DNA of 64,000 nucleotides from the human T2T-CHM13v2.0 reference genome, Homo sapiens: NCBI GenBank assembly GCA_009914755.4, contig CP086569.2, positions 6,560,001 to 6,624,000 of the forward strand, read 5' to 3'. Shown piece by piece: positions 41,018 to 56,100 of this stretch (position 1 is its first letter; each line of letters starts with the position of its first letter). The notes under the pieces were generated by a model. It saw only the letters and a program-made list of their open reading frames with translations, ran no database searches and was not told where the DNA came from. The position numbers and the translations under genes were made by a program.

Positions 41018-43103
41018 AGTTCTTAAGCAAAACACTTTTCATTTTGGTATTCAGTTTCAAAAGACAGCTCTGCCACACTGCAAGTTTTAATTACAACCAT
41101 ACACACTCATTTAGATTTCACTATTGAACTACTTTCACATACAAGAAGGAACTCAAAATAGAAATGACTTATGATAACAGGTATTGTTATTCCCTCACAG
41201 CTTTAGGGAAAACAGGCTTTAATAAGTACAGAATGTACAGAAGAAATTTATATATGCAAAAGTGCATTAATATAGTAATACATTTAGCAGTAATACAGGA
41301 AAAAAAATCCTGGTTAACAATCTGATACATTATAGTATTTAAGACTACTTGAAGATTCTGCAAACCATCCAACTTCCTACTTGCTTTGGTTATGATATTG
41401 CTACTACATAACTAATCTTTGAAACTAAAAAGCAAAAACAAAAACCCACAATTTGAAATTTTTACCCATCTGTAAATTGTTTTGCATGTACTTGTGTTTA
41501 TCACTAATAGCTTTTGACAATAGTCTTTAAATTCCTAACACAAAGATTCAGAATAGAAAATCCTTGCTAAGTGAGAGTACTTCAAATAAGAAATTAAATG
41601 GATCCACTGCAGGAACAGATATCATTGGTTCCATTGCTAAAATCCTAATCTAGATAACCTAACTACAAATCTCAATTTCAGTCTCAGTTTAAATCCAATA
41701 GATCAGCTACTGTTAAAGAGCCAGCAGCTCCACAAAGCAAGTCATGGCTTCAGGCCACTGTTCTTAGAACAATTCAGAATACTAAGTGTTAACTTGTTAT
41801 TTATACATACAGTCTACAACTGCCTTTACACCATCAAAATGTATATGCATAATTAGAGCAAGTCTCCTGTTTTTCTCCTCCATCCCTCACCACAAAAATG
41901 AATACAGATTTCCGCAGGTTTTCTTGGCCACAAAGATGTAACAAAGAAATTCGACAATAAAAAAAGTACTACATACTGAATTTAAAGCCCAAGGAGTTTT
42001 TCTTATTTTGGGATGAGTGTCAAATTAAAATTTAATTTGCCATTATATGTTCTAGGTTAAAATACTAATTATCTTAGTTTAAAAAATGAGGGAGAGCCAA
42101 AAAATATTTTAATGTTAAAAAATACAATTAAGTTTTAATGAGTCAACCCAGATCTTCAGCTGTACCATGCAAATTCCTTACTTTTAATGGCCAGTTAGAA
42201 CAATTTTGAGAATTCCTTCTAAGCCTTTTGGAATAAGTAAATTATTTTCCAAAGAAATAAGTAGTTATGTTCCAGATACTATGCTAACAAAGATGCCCAG
42301 CTTAAAATATCTAAGACAGTTTTTATTCACTTAGCATAATTTTATTTTTAATACAAAGTTTATCTTAACTTTATCAGACTTAAAATGAATCCAAAGTTAC
42401 CACAGTATATGTGTACACAAATACTTATTTCCTAACCGATAGTCCTTTTCAGAATTAAATTTACTTCTAGTTCAGACATGTTGAATGAGTCAGTGCACTG
42501 AACATCAACACTATTATTTGAATGCAAGTGGGGATTTTCTTATTAATTTTCCCATACTATAAACGAACTGTGAGTACGCTCCACCAATTCCAAACAAACG
42601 TTCTTCTTGAAGATAGAAGTCCTAAAAGGTCATCTGTTAAAGGAAGGAAGAGGAGTGTGTTCTAGCTATTACACAAATGAATTCAAAGAATTCCTAGAAA
42701 ATCAACTTGCTATATAATCTCTGTCCTTGAAGCACTTTTGCCTGCACCTTGAGCAATATCTACTTAATCCAAGGGACAGATGAACTGGACAAAACATCCA
42801 TAGCCTAACAAAAATGAGGTAAGTCTCATGAAAAAAGTGTTATTTTATTCTAAGTTCTAATTGGGACAGAATGAACTAGCCCTTTATACCTCACTACACA
42901 TTGTAATACACCACCTTCCTTTAATTCAGTTTCAAAACTGTAGAAAAATATTATATATGTCACTTAGTGAAATGCAAGTCTCATCCTTTAAAAAGCTGTG
43001 GTAGGAACTGAGATACTACCATAAGATCTCTAATAAAATGTTTCTTGATAAATCTGTGGGAAATTTATTTTTTAATTTTTTTATTATGTATATATTTTAA
43101 GTT

Positions 43104-45044
<1,941 letters not shown>

Positions 45045-45125
45045 TATGATGTTAGCTGTTTATTTTGCTCGTTAGTTGATGCAGTTTCTTCCTGGCATCG
45101 ATGGTCTTTACAGTTTGGCATGTTT

Positions 45126-45669
45126 TTACAGCGGCTGGTACCAGTTGTTCCTTTCCATGTTTAGTGCTTCCTTCTGGAGCTCTTTTAGGGCAGGCCTGGT
45201 TGTGGCAAAATCTCTCAGTATTTGCTTGTCTGTAAAGTATTTTATTTCTCCTTGACTTCTGAAGCTTAGTTTGGCTGGATATGAAAATCTGTGTTGAAAA
45301 TTCTTTTCTTTAAGAATGTTGAATATTGGACCCCACTCTCTTCTGGCCTGTAGAGTTTCTGCCAAGAGATCTGATGTTAGTCTGATGGGCTTCCCTTTGT
45401 GGGTAACCCGACCTTTTTCTCTGGCTACCCTTAACATTTTTTCCTTCATTTCAACTTTGGTGAATCTGACAATTATGTGTCTTGGCATTGCTTTTCTTGA
45501 GGAGTATCTTTGTGGCATTCCGTGTTATTTCCTGAATTTGAATGTTGGCCTGTCTTGCTAGGTTGGGGAAGTTCTCCTGGATAATACTCTGCAGAGTGTT
45601 TTCCAACTTGGTTCCATTCTCCCCGTCACTTGCTGGTACACCAATCAGACGTAGATTTGGTCTTTTCAC
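45126..45669 (-). pseudogene. L1 ORF1p remnant (C-terminal two thirds, split across two frames)
   Basis: The ORFs translate to ...KRPNLRLIGVPASDGENGTKLENTLQSIIQENFPNLARQANIQIQEI... and ...RFTKVEMKEKMLRVAREKGRVTHKGKPIRLTSDLLAETLQARREWGPIFNILKEKNFQHRFSYPAKLSF...ALNMERNNWYQPL. These match L1 ORF1p. Confidence 0.85.
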
Positions 45670-48399
45670 ATAGTCCCATATTTCTTGGAGGCTTTGTTTA
45701 TTTCTTTTTATTCTTTTTTCTCTAAACTTCTGTTCTCACTTCATTTCATTCATTTGATCTTCAGTCACTGATACCCTTTCTTCCAGTTGATCGAATCGGC
45801 TACTGAAGCTTGTGCATTCGTCACGTAGTTCTCTTGCCATGGTTTTCAGCTCCATCAGGTCCTTTAAGGACTTCTTTGCATTGGTTATTCTAGTTAGCCA
45901 TTCATCTAATCTTTTTTCAAGGTTTTTAACTTCTTTGTGATGGCTTCGAACTTCCTCCTTTAGCTCGGAGAAGTTTGATCATCTGAAGCCTTCTTCTCTC
46001 AGCTCGTGAAAGTCATTCTCTGTCCAGCTTTTTTCTGTTGCTGGTGAGGAGCTGCGTTCCTTTGGAGGAGGAGAGGCGCTCTGATTTTTAGAGTTTCCAG
46101 TTTTTGTGTTCTGTTTTCTCCCCATCTTTGCGGTTTTGTCTACCTTTGGTCCTTGATGATGGTGATGTACAGATGGGGTTTTGGTGTGGCTGTCCTTTCT
46201 GTTTGTTAGTTTTCCTTCTAACAGTCAGGACCGTCAGCTGCAGGTCTGTTGGAGTTTGCTGGAGGTCCATTCCAGACCCCGTTTGCCTGGGTATCAGTAG
46301 TGGAGGCTGCAGAACAGCGAATAATGCTGAACAGCAAACGTTGCTGTGTGATCGTTCCTCTGGTGGTTTCCTCTCAGAGGGGTACCCGGCCATGTGGGGT
46401 GTCAGTCCGCCCCTACTGGGGGGTGCCTCTCAGGCTACTCGGGGGTCAGGGACCCACTTGAGGGGGCAGTCTGTCCGTTCTCAGATCTCCAGCTGCATGC
46501 TGGGAGAACCACTGCTCTCTTCAAAGCTGTCAGACAGGGACATTTAAGTCTGCAGAGGTTTCTGCTGCCTTTTGTTCGTTTATGCCCTGCCCCAGAGGTG
46601 GAGTCTACAGAGGCAGGCTGGCCTCCTTGAGCTGTGGTGGGCTCCACCCAGTTCGAGCTTCCTAGGCTGCTTGTTTTACCTACTCAAGCCTCAGCAATGG
46701 TGGGCGCCCCTCCCCCAGCCTTGCAGCCACCTTGCAGTTTGATCTCAGACTGCTGTGCTAGCAATGAGCAAAGCTCCATGGGCGTGGGACCCTCTGAGCA
46801 AGGCACAGGATATAATCTTCTGTTGTGCTGTTTGCTAAGACCATTGGAAAAGCACAGTATTAGGGTGGGAGTGACCCAATTCTCCAGGTGCTGTGTGTCA
46901 CAGCTCTGCTTGGCTATGAAAGGGAGTTCCCTGACCCCTTGTGCTTCCTGGGTGAGGTAATGCTTCACGCTGCTTTGGCTCATGCTTGGTGCGCTGCGCC
47001 CACTGTCCGACAAGCCCCAGTGAGATGAACCCGGTACCTCAGTTGGAAATGCAGAAATCACCTGTCTTCTGCGTTGCTCATGCTGGGAGCTGTAGACTGG
47101 AGTTGGTCCTATTCAGCCATCTTGGAACCGCCTCTGTGGGAAATTTATTATGCCTTCAGTTAACAAAGTTTATTTTCAAAGGGGAGACATAAAATTTGCT
47201 CTAATGTCAGTTCTCTACAGATGAGAACCAATACTACAGTAACTAAGTCTTGCCTTTTTATCAGTTGGTTAGTTAGGATGTATATTAGAAAGAAATACTA
47301 CTGAGTTGGATTGTTTTAAGTTGAAATCTCAGAAATATACCATATTGAATAAATTCTTACTTATTCCAAGAAAGAAATAGTGCAAACTTTGAATTATCTA
47401 CACAAAACATTAAAATGGAAAAAAATGTACAGCACATGAAGAGAGACCAAAGAGCTTTTTATGTCTTTTTTTGCTAGTTTCTTTTTGGAGGGACAGAGGA
47501 CTCTTTATTCTCCCTCTTGGATCATAAGCAAGCCCAAGTCATTTAATTATTTTATTTTCATCAAAGGAAATGTTTTCAATCTCCTTCAACCCAACTTTAT
47601 GGACTATCTCTAATTTATAGTACTATAACCACAGTTCATCTGGATTTACACAAAATTTCATGATGCACTTATATAAACATTCAAACCTTTACAAACTTTA
47701 AAAATTAACTCTGTGGCACTTTGGTAAACTTAATAGTGACTCAGGTTAAATTGAAAGTAATAAGACTGTGATTATTCGGACAGTAGGGAAATTGGTCTTA
47801 AATTACATCATGACCTTGTTTAGGATTTTCTTTTACTGGTCACTGACTGTCACTGTTAAACAAATAGTTTCCAAGTATTTGACAGATAAATGCTGCTCTG
47901 TGGTCTCCAGAAGTGGCCTGTTTTCCCTGAAAAATAGATAAAGATGGCAGGCAATCATTCTGTGGGATTTTGCTTTTGCTAAGAGCAGGTAAAGAATTTA
48001 GACACAGTTGTTCTGCTATCCATTTGCTCTTACTATACTTGGAAGGGAAAACAATAAGGTTAAGTCATTCTGTCTCCACAAAGTATCTGGTGTCTATCCC
48101 TGTGTCATTTATTTATGTGGTGGACAGCAGAATTCTTGCCTTCTGCTTTTATTTTCCTCTATCTCTTTTAAATATACTTTTTGGGCTTCTCTTAGAAGCT
48201 CTTTCATAGGTATGTCTTTCCAGTTCTCTACCTTTGTAATTTCTTGTTAATATGTGGCCAACTATTAGTTACAAAATGAAGCTTTAACATCCCTCATTTG
48301 AGAGGGGTTTTCTAATTCTAGAACTACATATTTCCTCATTTGCTCTTTGAGTCTTTCTAGAAATTTTGAAACAAAAGATCAGTTTCTTAAAAATTATAC

Positions 48400-50726
48400 A
48401 CTTGGTCTGTCATCTATTTTCTCTTCCATAAAACTAAAGGTCTCTTAGCACAGTTGCCACCCCTGGAGTTCACTAGGCAACAATATCAACCTGGGGATCA
48501 TGTCCTCATCAAAAGCTGGAAGGCAAAAAGCTCAAACCAGCCTGGGAAGGACATTACTTAGTGCTCTTAACTACTGAAACTGCAGTTTGGACAGCAGAAA
48601 GAGGCTGGACCCATCACACCTGAGTCAAAAGAGCACTGTCCCCTCTGGAGTCATGGGCCATAGTCCCAGGACAAAACTCTACCAAACTAAAGCTAAGCAA
48701 AGTTTAACCCTCCATTTATTTTATAACTCCTCCTTTCCTTGCTCTACTGCTGAGCACCTTGTTATTAATGAAACCAGGTCACCTTTTCCTCAGACAATCA
48801 CATTTGATGCCTGCTCACCATACCTTGCAGGGATCTCCAAAACCAAAGGTAACTGGCCTCCTCAGAAAAATATCTGTCTCTCCAAAGGCACATCTGACCT
48901 CTGCAACTCTTGCTTCATAGAGACCAACTCCCTTATGTTTCTCACATTTTAGGAACAAAATGTGGACTAGTTTCTAGCTCCCTCCTATGGACCACTGAGG
49001 AACAAGTGGTCCATAGCACTAATGAGGTCCTCTGGACCTCCATAGCACTGTCCCTCCTATGGACCACTGAGGAACAAGGGTGGACTTCCTCAAAGGGCTG
49101 CACCTCTCTAGAACCATTACTCTATTTCACCAAAGAAAGTGTTCCCTCTAATTTTCAATAATATCAATGCAATCTGATGCAGCTTTCTATTCTTACCTCT
49201 CCTGATCCTGACGCCACTTTATGTTGCTTCTATGACATGGGAGCTAACTTGGCTGGCACAGACCTCATAGACTCATTTGAAATGCATTGTATTAATCCCT
49301 CACCCTCTTCACCCCCTAGCCCCTCTTCTCTGTTTAGAACTTCTTCTGATCAAACTGTCATCCTTTCCATACCCAATGATAGGACCAGAGTAGATGTTGT
49401 AGCAGGTAAATGATTTATAACAAACTGGCAATAGAGCCAGGATATCAAGATGCAAATGCCTGATTGGAATGGATCAAATATTCTGTCCACACATTAAACA
49501 AAAGCAATTGTTACGCTTGTGCGCATGGCAGGCCAGAGGCCCAGATTGTCACCTTTCGACTAGGATGGTCCTCCAGTTGACCAGGCATGGGCTGTATGGT
49601 AGTTCTTTTCCAGGATTCCATAGTCTGGGGTAACAAGTTGTGCCAAGCTCTCTCTCTGCTATATCCCAAAGGTTGACACCCTGCAGTCCAGCCCCTGAGG
49701 GCCATCCAGCTTCTGTCTCCCAACACTAAGTTACTTCGTGTCTCTCACGACAAGGAGGAAACTTAGCAATCCTTGGAGACCTGAGGGGATGCCGTGAGTG
49801 TAAGAATTTTCAAGAGCTTATCAATCAGTCAGCCCTTGTTCTTCCCCTAGCAGATGTGTGGTGGCATTGTGATGGAGCTTTACTGGACACTCTGCTGAGT
49901 AACTGGAGCAGCACTTGTGCTCTAACCCAGTTGGCTATCCCTTTCACACTGGCATTTTATCAGCCAGAGGAAAGAAAAATGCAATATCATAAAGCAAGAG
50001 AAGCCCCTTATGGGTCTTTTAACCTACACATCTATCTAGATGCAATTGGAGTCCCACAAGGAGTACCAGATAAATTTAAAGCCCACAATCAAATAGCTGC
50101 AGGATTTTTGTCAATATTTTGGTGGGTGACAATTAATAAGCATGTAGATTAGATAAATTATATTTATACAACAAACAGCACTTTATTACCTACACTAGAG
50201 ATGCTGTTAAAGGAATAGCTGAGCAATTAGGGGCTGCTTGCCAGATGGCTTGGGAAAATAGGATAGCCTCAGACATGATATTAGCAGAAAGCGGAGGAGT
50301 TTGCTTCATGATTAAAACTCAATGTACTACGTTCATCACAAACAACACCACTCCTGATGGAAGTATAACAAAGGCATTGCAAAGTCTAAGTGCTCTGTCC
50401 AATGAGTTAGCCAAAAACTTGGGGGCAAATGACCCCTTCACAGGGTGGCTAGAAAAATGTTTTGGTAAATGGAAAATAATCACAACCTCAATTCTTACTT
50501 CTCTTGCAGCCATAGTAGCTGTATTTATTCTTGTAGGGTGTTGTGCCATACCATGAATCATGGGCAGGTGCACAGACCCATAGAGACAGCACTTACTAAA
50601 ACCTTCCTCAACTCTTCTCCACCTTATTCAGAGAAGCTTCTTCCTTTAAGGAATCAAGTAGAAGAACTGAACCAAGACATGTTAAGGAAGTTTGAAGAAA
50701 GAACTGTAAAAATTCAAGAGGGAGAC
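48400..50726 (+). mobile_element. Internal remnant of an older gamma-like (class I) ERV: integrase C-terminus plus env (SU/TM)
   Basis: Translation at ~48440-48600 gives QPGDHVLIKSWKAKSSNQPGKDITYVLLTTETAVWTAERGWTHHT, which resembles the gammaretroviral IN C-terminus (...GDxVxVK...PRWKGPYxVLLTTPTAxKV...WIHxxHVK). The downstream ORFs 48587-50152 are env-SU-like. The TM-like ORF 50245..50556 carries an immunosuppressive-domain-like LAESGGVCFMIKTQCTTFI motif and a hydrophobic membrane anchor. Family unassigned. Confidence 0.55.
50245..50556 (+). pseudogene. env TM-like ORF of the older ERV (103 aa)
   Basis: MAWENRIASDMILAESGGVCFMIKTQCTTFITNN...KWKIITTSILTSLAAIVAVFILVGCCAIP. The CX6C(C) motif and the C-terminal membrane-spanning segment are typical of gamma-type TM subunits. 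The cytoplasmic tail continues in another frame up to the HERV-K junction. Confidence 0.5.
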
Positions 50727-51740
50727 TGAAGGAGTGGCCTGCCTCTCCACATCTGTGGGTGTTTCTAGTCGGATGGGATAAGAGACTGAGAAAAGAAATA
50801 AGACACAGAGACAAAGTAGAGAAACAACAGTGGGCCCAGGGTACCGGCACTCAGCATACAAAGGACCTGCACCAGCACTGGTCTCTGAGTTCCCTCAGTT
50901 TTTATTGATTATTATTTTCATTATTTCAGTAAAAAGGAATGTCGTAGGAGGGCAGGGTGATCATAAGGAGAAGGTCAGCAACAAACATGTGAGCAATAGA
51001 ATCTACGTCATAATTAAGTTCAAGGGAAGGTACTATGACTGGACGTGTACGTAAGCCAGATTTATGTTTCTCTCCACCCAAACATCTCAGCAGAGTAAAG
51101 AATAACAAGGCAGCATTGCTGCAAACATGTCTCACCTCCTACCATAGGGCGGTTTTTCTCTCATCTCAGAATTGAACAAACGTACAATCAGGTTTTATAC
51201 TGAGATGTTCAGTTCCCAGGGGCAGGCAGCAGACAGTGGCTTTCCTCTATCTCAACTGCGAGAGGCTTTCCTCTTTTACTAACCCGCCTCAGCACAGACC
51301 CTTTATGGGTGTTGGGCTGGGGGACGGTCAGGTCTTTCTCATCCCATGAGGCCATATTTCAGACTATCACATGGGGAGAAACCTTGGACAATACCCAGCT
51401 TTCAAGGGCAGAGGTCCCTGCGGCTTTCTGCAGTGCATTATGCCCCTGGTTTATTGAGACTAGAGAATGGCAATGACTTTTACCAAGTATACTGCTTGTA
51501 AACATTTTGTTAACAAGGCACATCCTGCACAGCCCTAGATCCCTTTAACCTTGATTCCATACAACACATGTTTTTGTGAGCTCCAGGTTGGGTCAAAGTG
51601 GCTGGGGCAAAGCTACAAATTAACAACATCTCAGCAAAGCAATTGTTCAAAGTACAGGTCTTTTTCAAAATGGAGTCTCTTATGTCTTTCTTTTCTACAT
51701 AGACACAGTAACAGTCTGATCTCTCTTTCTTTTCCCTACA
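50727..51740 (-). repeat. HERV-K 3' LTR (LTR5 family, likely an older LTR5A/B-like subtype, ~1014 bp)
   Basis: On the minus strand it starts tgtagggaaaagaaagagagatcagactgttactgtgtctatgtag, overlapping the env stop as in HML-2. It ends ...agaaacacccacagatgtggagaggcaggccactccttca, compared with the LTR5 end ...GAGAAACACCCACAGGTGTGGAGGGGCAACCCACCCCTACA. Confidence 0.8.
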
Positions 51741-53799
51741 TATGTCCCTTTTCTTTTTGACAAAACTGCCATAGTCATCATGGCCCGTTCTCGCTGGTTG
51801 CTGTCTCTCCGGAGCTGCTGGATACACCTGTAGACTAACAACAGAGAGGACAGACGTACAAGAATTAATACAAAATTTGCAACAGTGGAATTTCCAGTGG
51901 TTTTAACCCAAGTGACAGGGTTAAGATTTGTGAGGCTATCAACAGCTTTCACCGTTGCCTCAGTTTCTGGCACCAGATTTAACTGGGCTTTTGATGTTTC
52001 AAAAATTTGTTTTTTCAATTTTGAAATATCTAAAGTAAGATTATCTTCTCTTCCTTGTAGATGGCATCTAACCATGTCCCAGTGATGTTTAGATTCATTA
52101 TAGGCTTGAAGTGTAATACAAAAATCTGACATATTCCAGTCACACTGTAACTGAAAAAGATATTCCAAACTTATGAGCCTATCTCCCATCCAAATGACAG
52201 TTTGTCTAAGATCATTACTTTGATTTGTCAATTTTTGATCTGTTTGAGTCTGAGAATTCCACAATTTCGAGGAATTCTTTTGCCAATTATTCACATATTC
52301 TGCAGTTTGAACAGAGGAGTGTAAAGCAATTCCAGCAGCCGCAGCAGTAGCTGTGACTGCAATAAAACCCATAATCACTGTAATCAAGGTAAAAATGAAT
52401 GTTTCAGATCTAGTTAGAACTCTTTTAAATACTTCTGTTAAGATATGTCCAGATGGAGAAGCCTCCCACGGTCAGTCCATGGACACAGGGATCCCCATAC
52501 CCTCTCTTGCCCTGACTAACAGAATATGATGCTGCCAGTCGAAAGTTGAATCAATGCAAGTAAACAATCTACAGTTTTCACAGGTTATAGTTTGGGAATC
52601 TGGTTTAATAACTATATTTCCTACAACTAGCGTATAAGGGGGTTTTACCTAACTTTGCAAAGGAATTGTCAGATTGTAATTTAGGTTAATAGTATAATAT
52701 GGCTTATGATTTCTTGTTCCCATAACTTGATTTCCAGACCAAATTCTAATGTGGTACGAGGCCACAGTGAGCTTCCATAATTCTGGGTGTTCAGGACCAA
52801 CAACAGGACTAACTTTGGTCGGGGTGAAGAAATCCTCTTTTCACCCCATTTCCATGGATAGGGTGATTTTAGCCTTCTATAAACCTGGTCTAGCCTTTTA
52901 GTTAAATCACTATCATAGACTGGATTAGCGGGCCAGACAGATGGAGCCTGTGAACATGAGTGGGTCTGGCCCATACGGTCATAATATAATTGGCCTCGAG
53001 GGGCCTAGTCTATAATAGTTCCAAATTTATTGTTTTGTAGTACCACTGCAGTATCAGCCACACATTCTTCCCAAACTAAGACTTCTGGGTCTTTTGATTC
53101 TTTTGGAATTTCCTTGGGGCAAGATTTTCCCTTAGGCCTAAATCTTAATGATCTTTGATAGGAAGAGTCCTGTAAATTATTCATTTGTGACCCAAGTGAC
53201 ATTTCACTTACCATGTGATAAGTGAATTTACTGGTGGCACTGACAGTAGGTACTTCTACCAACCAGTTTTGGTTTGTAGGCATTAAGCATCCTGGTGCTT
53301 TTCCCAGACAAATAGGAGGATAATGATACCCAATGGAAATGTTTATCATCATTCCTTCTTCTTCAGGTTGGGCAGGGCCACGGTCATCTGTGGGGTCTGG
53401 TACCCATGTACTATTGTTAACATGTACTTCAATAGGATTATCTCTCCAAGTGAGTGCCCGAATTAAGGGTGGGAAAGGCACATAGGCCCAGTAAGTATAG
53501 TTAGCTGTAGCGGCTCCTGCAGATATAGGGAGACTTAGCACCATTGATACAATCATTAAAGCTGCAAGCAGCATATTCTCTGGAGTTTATGTTACCCTCA
53601 TGTTTTTCAGGCTTTTTTCAGCTAACTGTGTCAGCTTCTTTAGCTGGGCCCAGGTCGGCGGCTCCGCTTTCTTGGTGGATGGCAACTTCATCTGTTCTTT
53701 TGATATCACCATTTTCTTCACCTGGCGAGGTGATGATGCTCGATTGCAGGTTTTCTGTCTCTATGGAGGCACCTTCATTTGCATCTCTGATGGGTTCAT
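51695..53799 (-). pseudogene. HERV-K env (SU+TM), disrupted by a stop and frameshifts
   Basis: The ATG at 53799 gives [12 protein letters not shown] with an early stop. The signal/SU fragment [61 protein letters not shown]... occupies 53005..53574. A mid-SU piece lies in another frame at 52681..52974. The TM reading ...[71 protein letters not shown]...[13 protein letters not shown] occupies 51695..52387. Confidence 0.85.
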
Positions 53800-55300
53800 T
53801 GTAGAACTTCAAATGTCTAGTGGGTATCCAAACAGGAAGCTGATTTTCTTCTGGTGAAACACAAGAAAAACCTCTCCCCCATGTTATCACCTTACCTATT
53901 TCCCATGTTTTATTTTTGTTGTCTTTCCACCAAATCAGTTTTCCCCCATGTGGGCTGTTCTTTTTACCAGTAAAATGTTGTTCTGCAGAAGTAGTGGTCT
54001 GATTTCTATATATGTTTAAAGAATTTAAACTATAGAGTGCTAGATTAAGTTGCATCTGGGGAGTGTTATACTCCTTACTGTCTTTTTCCATTTTTTGTTT
54101 AACCAATTGAGCTTTGAGTGTTCTATTAGTTCTTTCAGTTATGGCCTGTCCTTGGGGAATTATAGGGGATTCCTGTTGTATGTGTAATTTTCCACTGATT
54201 TAGGAATTTTTGAAATGCTTTGCTACAGTATCCTGGCCCATTATCCGTTTTAATTTTTTCTGGAACTCCCATGACAGCAAAACAAGATAATAAATGTCTT
54301 TTAACATGGGAAGTACTTTCTCCTGTCTGGCAGGTTGTCCACATGAAATGTGAATAGGTATCAACTGTCTCATGGACAAATGACATTTTTCCAAATGAAG
54401 GTACATGTGTGACATCCATTTGCCATAATGCATTAGGACATAAACCTCTGGGATTAACTCCTGCCTCCTGAGTGGGCAGGTGTAAGACTTGACACTGAGC
54501 ACAATGTAGTACAATATTTTTTGCTTGTTTCCATGTGATATAATATTTATTTTTTAATCCTGTTGCATTTACATGAGTCAGGGCGTGAAGTTCTTGTGCT
54601 TCCATGAAATCAGATGATACTAGGAAGTCAGCTTGTTCATTTGCCTTAGTTAAAGGCCGTGGTAAATTAGTATGTGCTCGAATATGAGTAATATAAAGTG
54701 GGAAATTTCTTTTTCTTATAGTTTATTGTAACAATTTAAACAGCTGATTTAACTGATCACCCATACTATATTTGATTAGGGCTGTCTCAACATCCTTTGT
54801 AGCCTGTACTACATATGCAGTATCTGAAACAATGTTAATAGGCTGATTAAATCTTGTTTAACACTGAAATGACAGCAGCCAATTCTGCTCTTTGAGCTGA
54901 GTGATATTGAGCTTCAATGACTCGTTCTTTTGGCCTGATGTAAGCTGCTTTTCCATTGCTGGAACCATCAGTAAACACTGTCAGAACATTTTTGAAAGGT
55001 TTTTTTCTGGTAATTTTAGGTAAAATCCAAGTAGTCAATTTTAAAAACTGGAAGATTTTTGTTTTTGGGTAATGATTATCAATAATTCCCACAAAATCAG
55101 CAAGACCAGTCTGCCATGCAGACTGAATTGATAAAGGCTTGTCTAACCTGTTCCTTGTTTAAAGGGACAATGATTTTATCTGGGTCACTTCCACACAATT
55201 TTACTATTCGTAGTCTTGCCTGACCAATTAATGTAGCCATTTGATCTAAGTACAATGTAAAAGTCTTTACTGTGGGGAAGGAATGGCCACTCCACAATAT
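53618..55300 (-). pseudogene. HERV-K pol remnant (RT connection, RNase H, integrase); the RT polymerase domain is absent
   Basis: The IN region reads [72 protein letters not shown]...[15 protein letters not shown]. The RNase H region reads [41 protein letters not shown]. The RT connection ...[54 protein letters not shown] begins only ~20 bp downstream of the protease-homologous ORF. Confidence 0.8.
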
Positions 55301-56100
55301 CTGTATTTTCAACAATAATGCCTGTTGGAGAGTGTGCAGTAGCAAAAATCTAAAGTTGGAGTGGGGCTGTATAGGAAGACTGGAATAGTGATCTCTGCAT
55401 GCCACTGTTCTAACAAGTCTCGGCCCCATAAATTAATTGGAATAGAAGTAATCATAGGCTGAACTGTACTCTCTTGATGCTCAGTTCCTAAACAATGTAA
55501 AATCATGGACTTTGATACACTTCTGAGGCGGTGCCCACACCAACAAGTCCTGTAACGGACTTGTTTAGGTCAATTTTTTGGCCATTGATTTAAGGCAAGG
55601 ATAGAAACATCAGCCCCCATATCCATGATTCCTTCAAACTGCTTTCCCTGAATAGTAACTGTACACACAGGTCTATTCTCTGAGAGCTGACTAGCCCAAT
55701 AAACAGCATTTCCAGCAGGGTTGGTACTTCCAAACCCTCCTGTTTTTTCTGTTTTGCTATCCCCAATTTTGATATAAGGCAAGAACAGTAACTGAGCAAT
55801 TCTATCACCTGGATTGGCACTCCAGGGAACAGTAGAGCTAATCACTAACTGAATTTCCCCTTTATAATCAGAGTCAGTTACCCCAGTATGAATTTGGACT
55901 CCCTTCAAATTTAGACTTGATTTTCCTAAAATAAGGCCTACTCTCCCTTCTGGCAGCGGGCCATGTACCCTTGTAGGAATCTTTTGCAGGGGCTCTCCAG
56001 GGAGTAAAGAAATCGTAAATCTTTACATAATCATAAAGAACATAAATCTACTGCCGTGCTGCCTGCTGTGGCGGGGGATAACTGTTGTATTGTTGTAATT
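55300..56100 (-). pseudogene. HERV-K pro region (dUTPase plus aspartic protease)
   Basis: GVTDSDYKGEIQLVISSTVPWSANPGDRIAQLLFLPY is the dUTPase motif region. QGKQFEGIMDMGADVSILALNQWPKN is the protease active site. ...[48 protein letters not shown] is the protease C-terminus. Confidence 0.8.

Noticed and set aside
50245-50556. Treating the intact 103-aa env-TM-like ORF as a functional, possibly co-opted gene.
   Set aside because: It lacks its SU partner in frame, the upstream env is fragmented, and it is interrupted at the 3' end by the HERV-K insertion. It is kept only as an ERV pseudogene feature.
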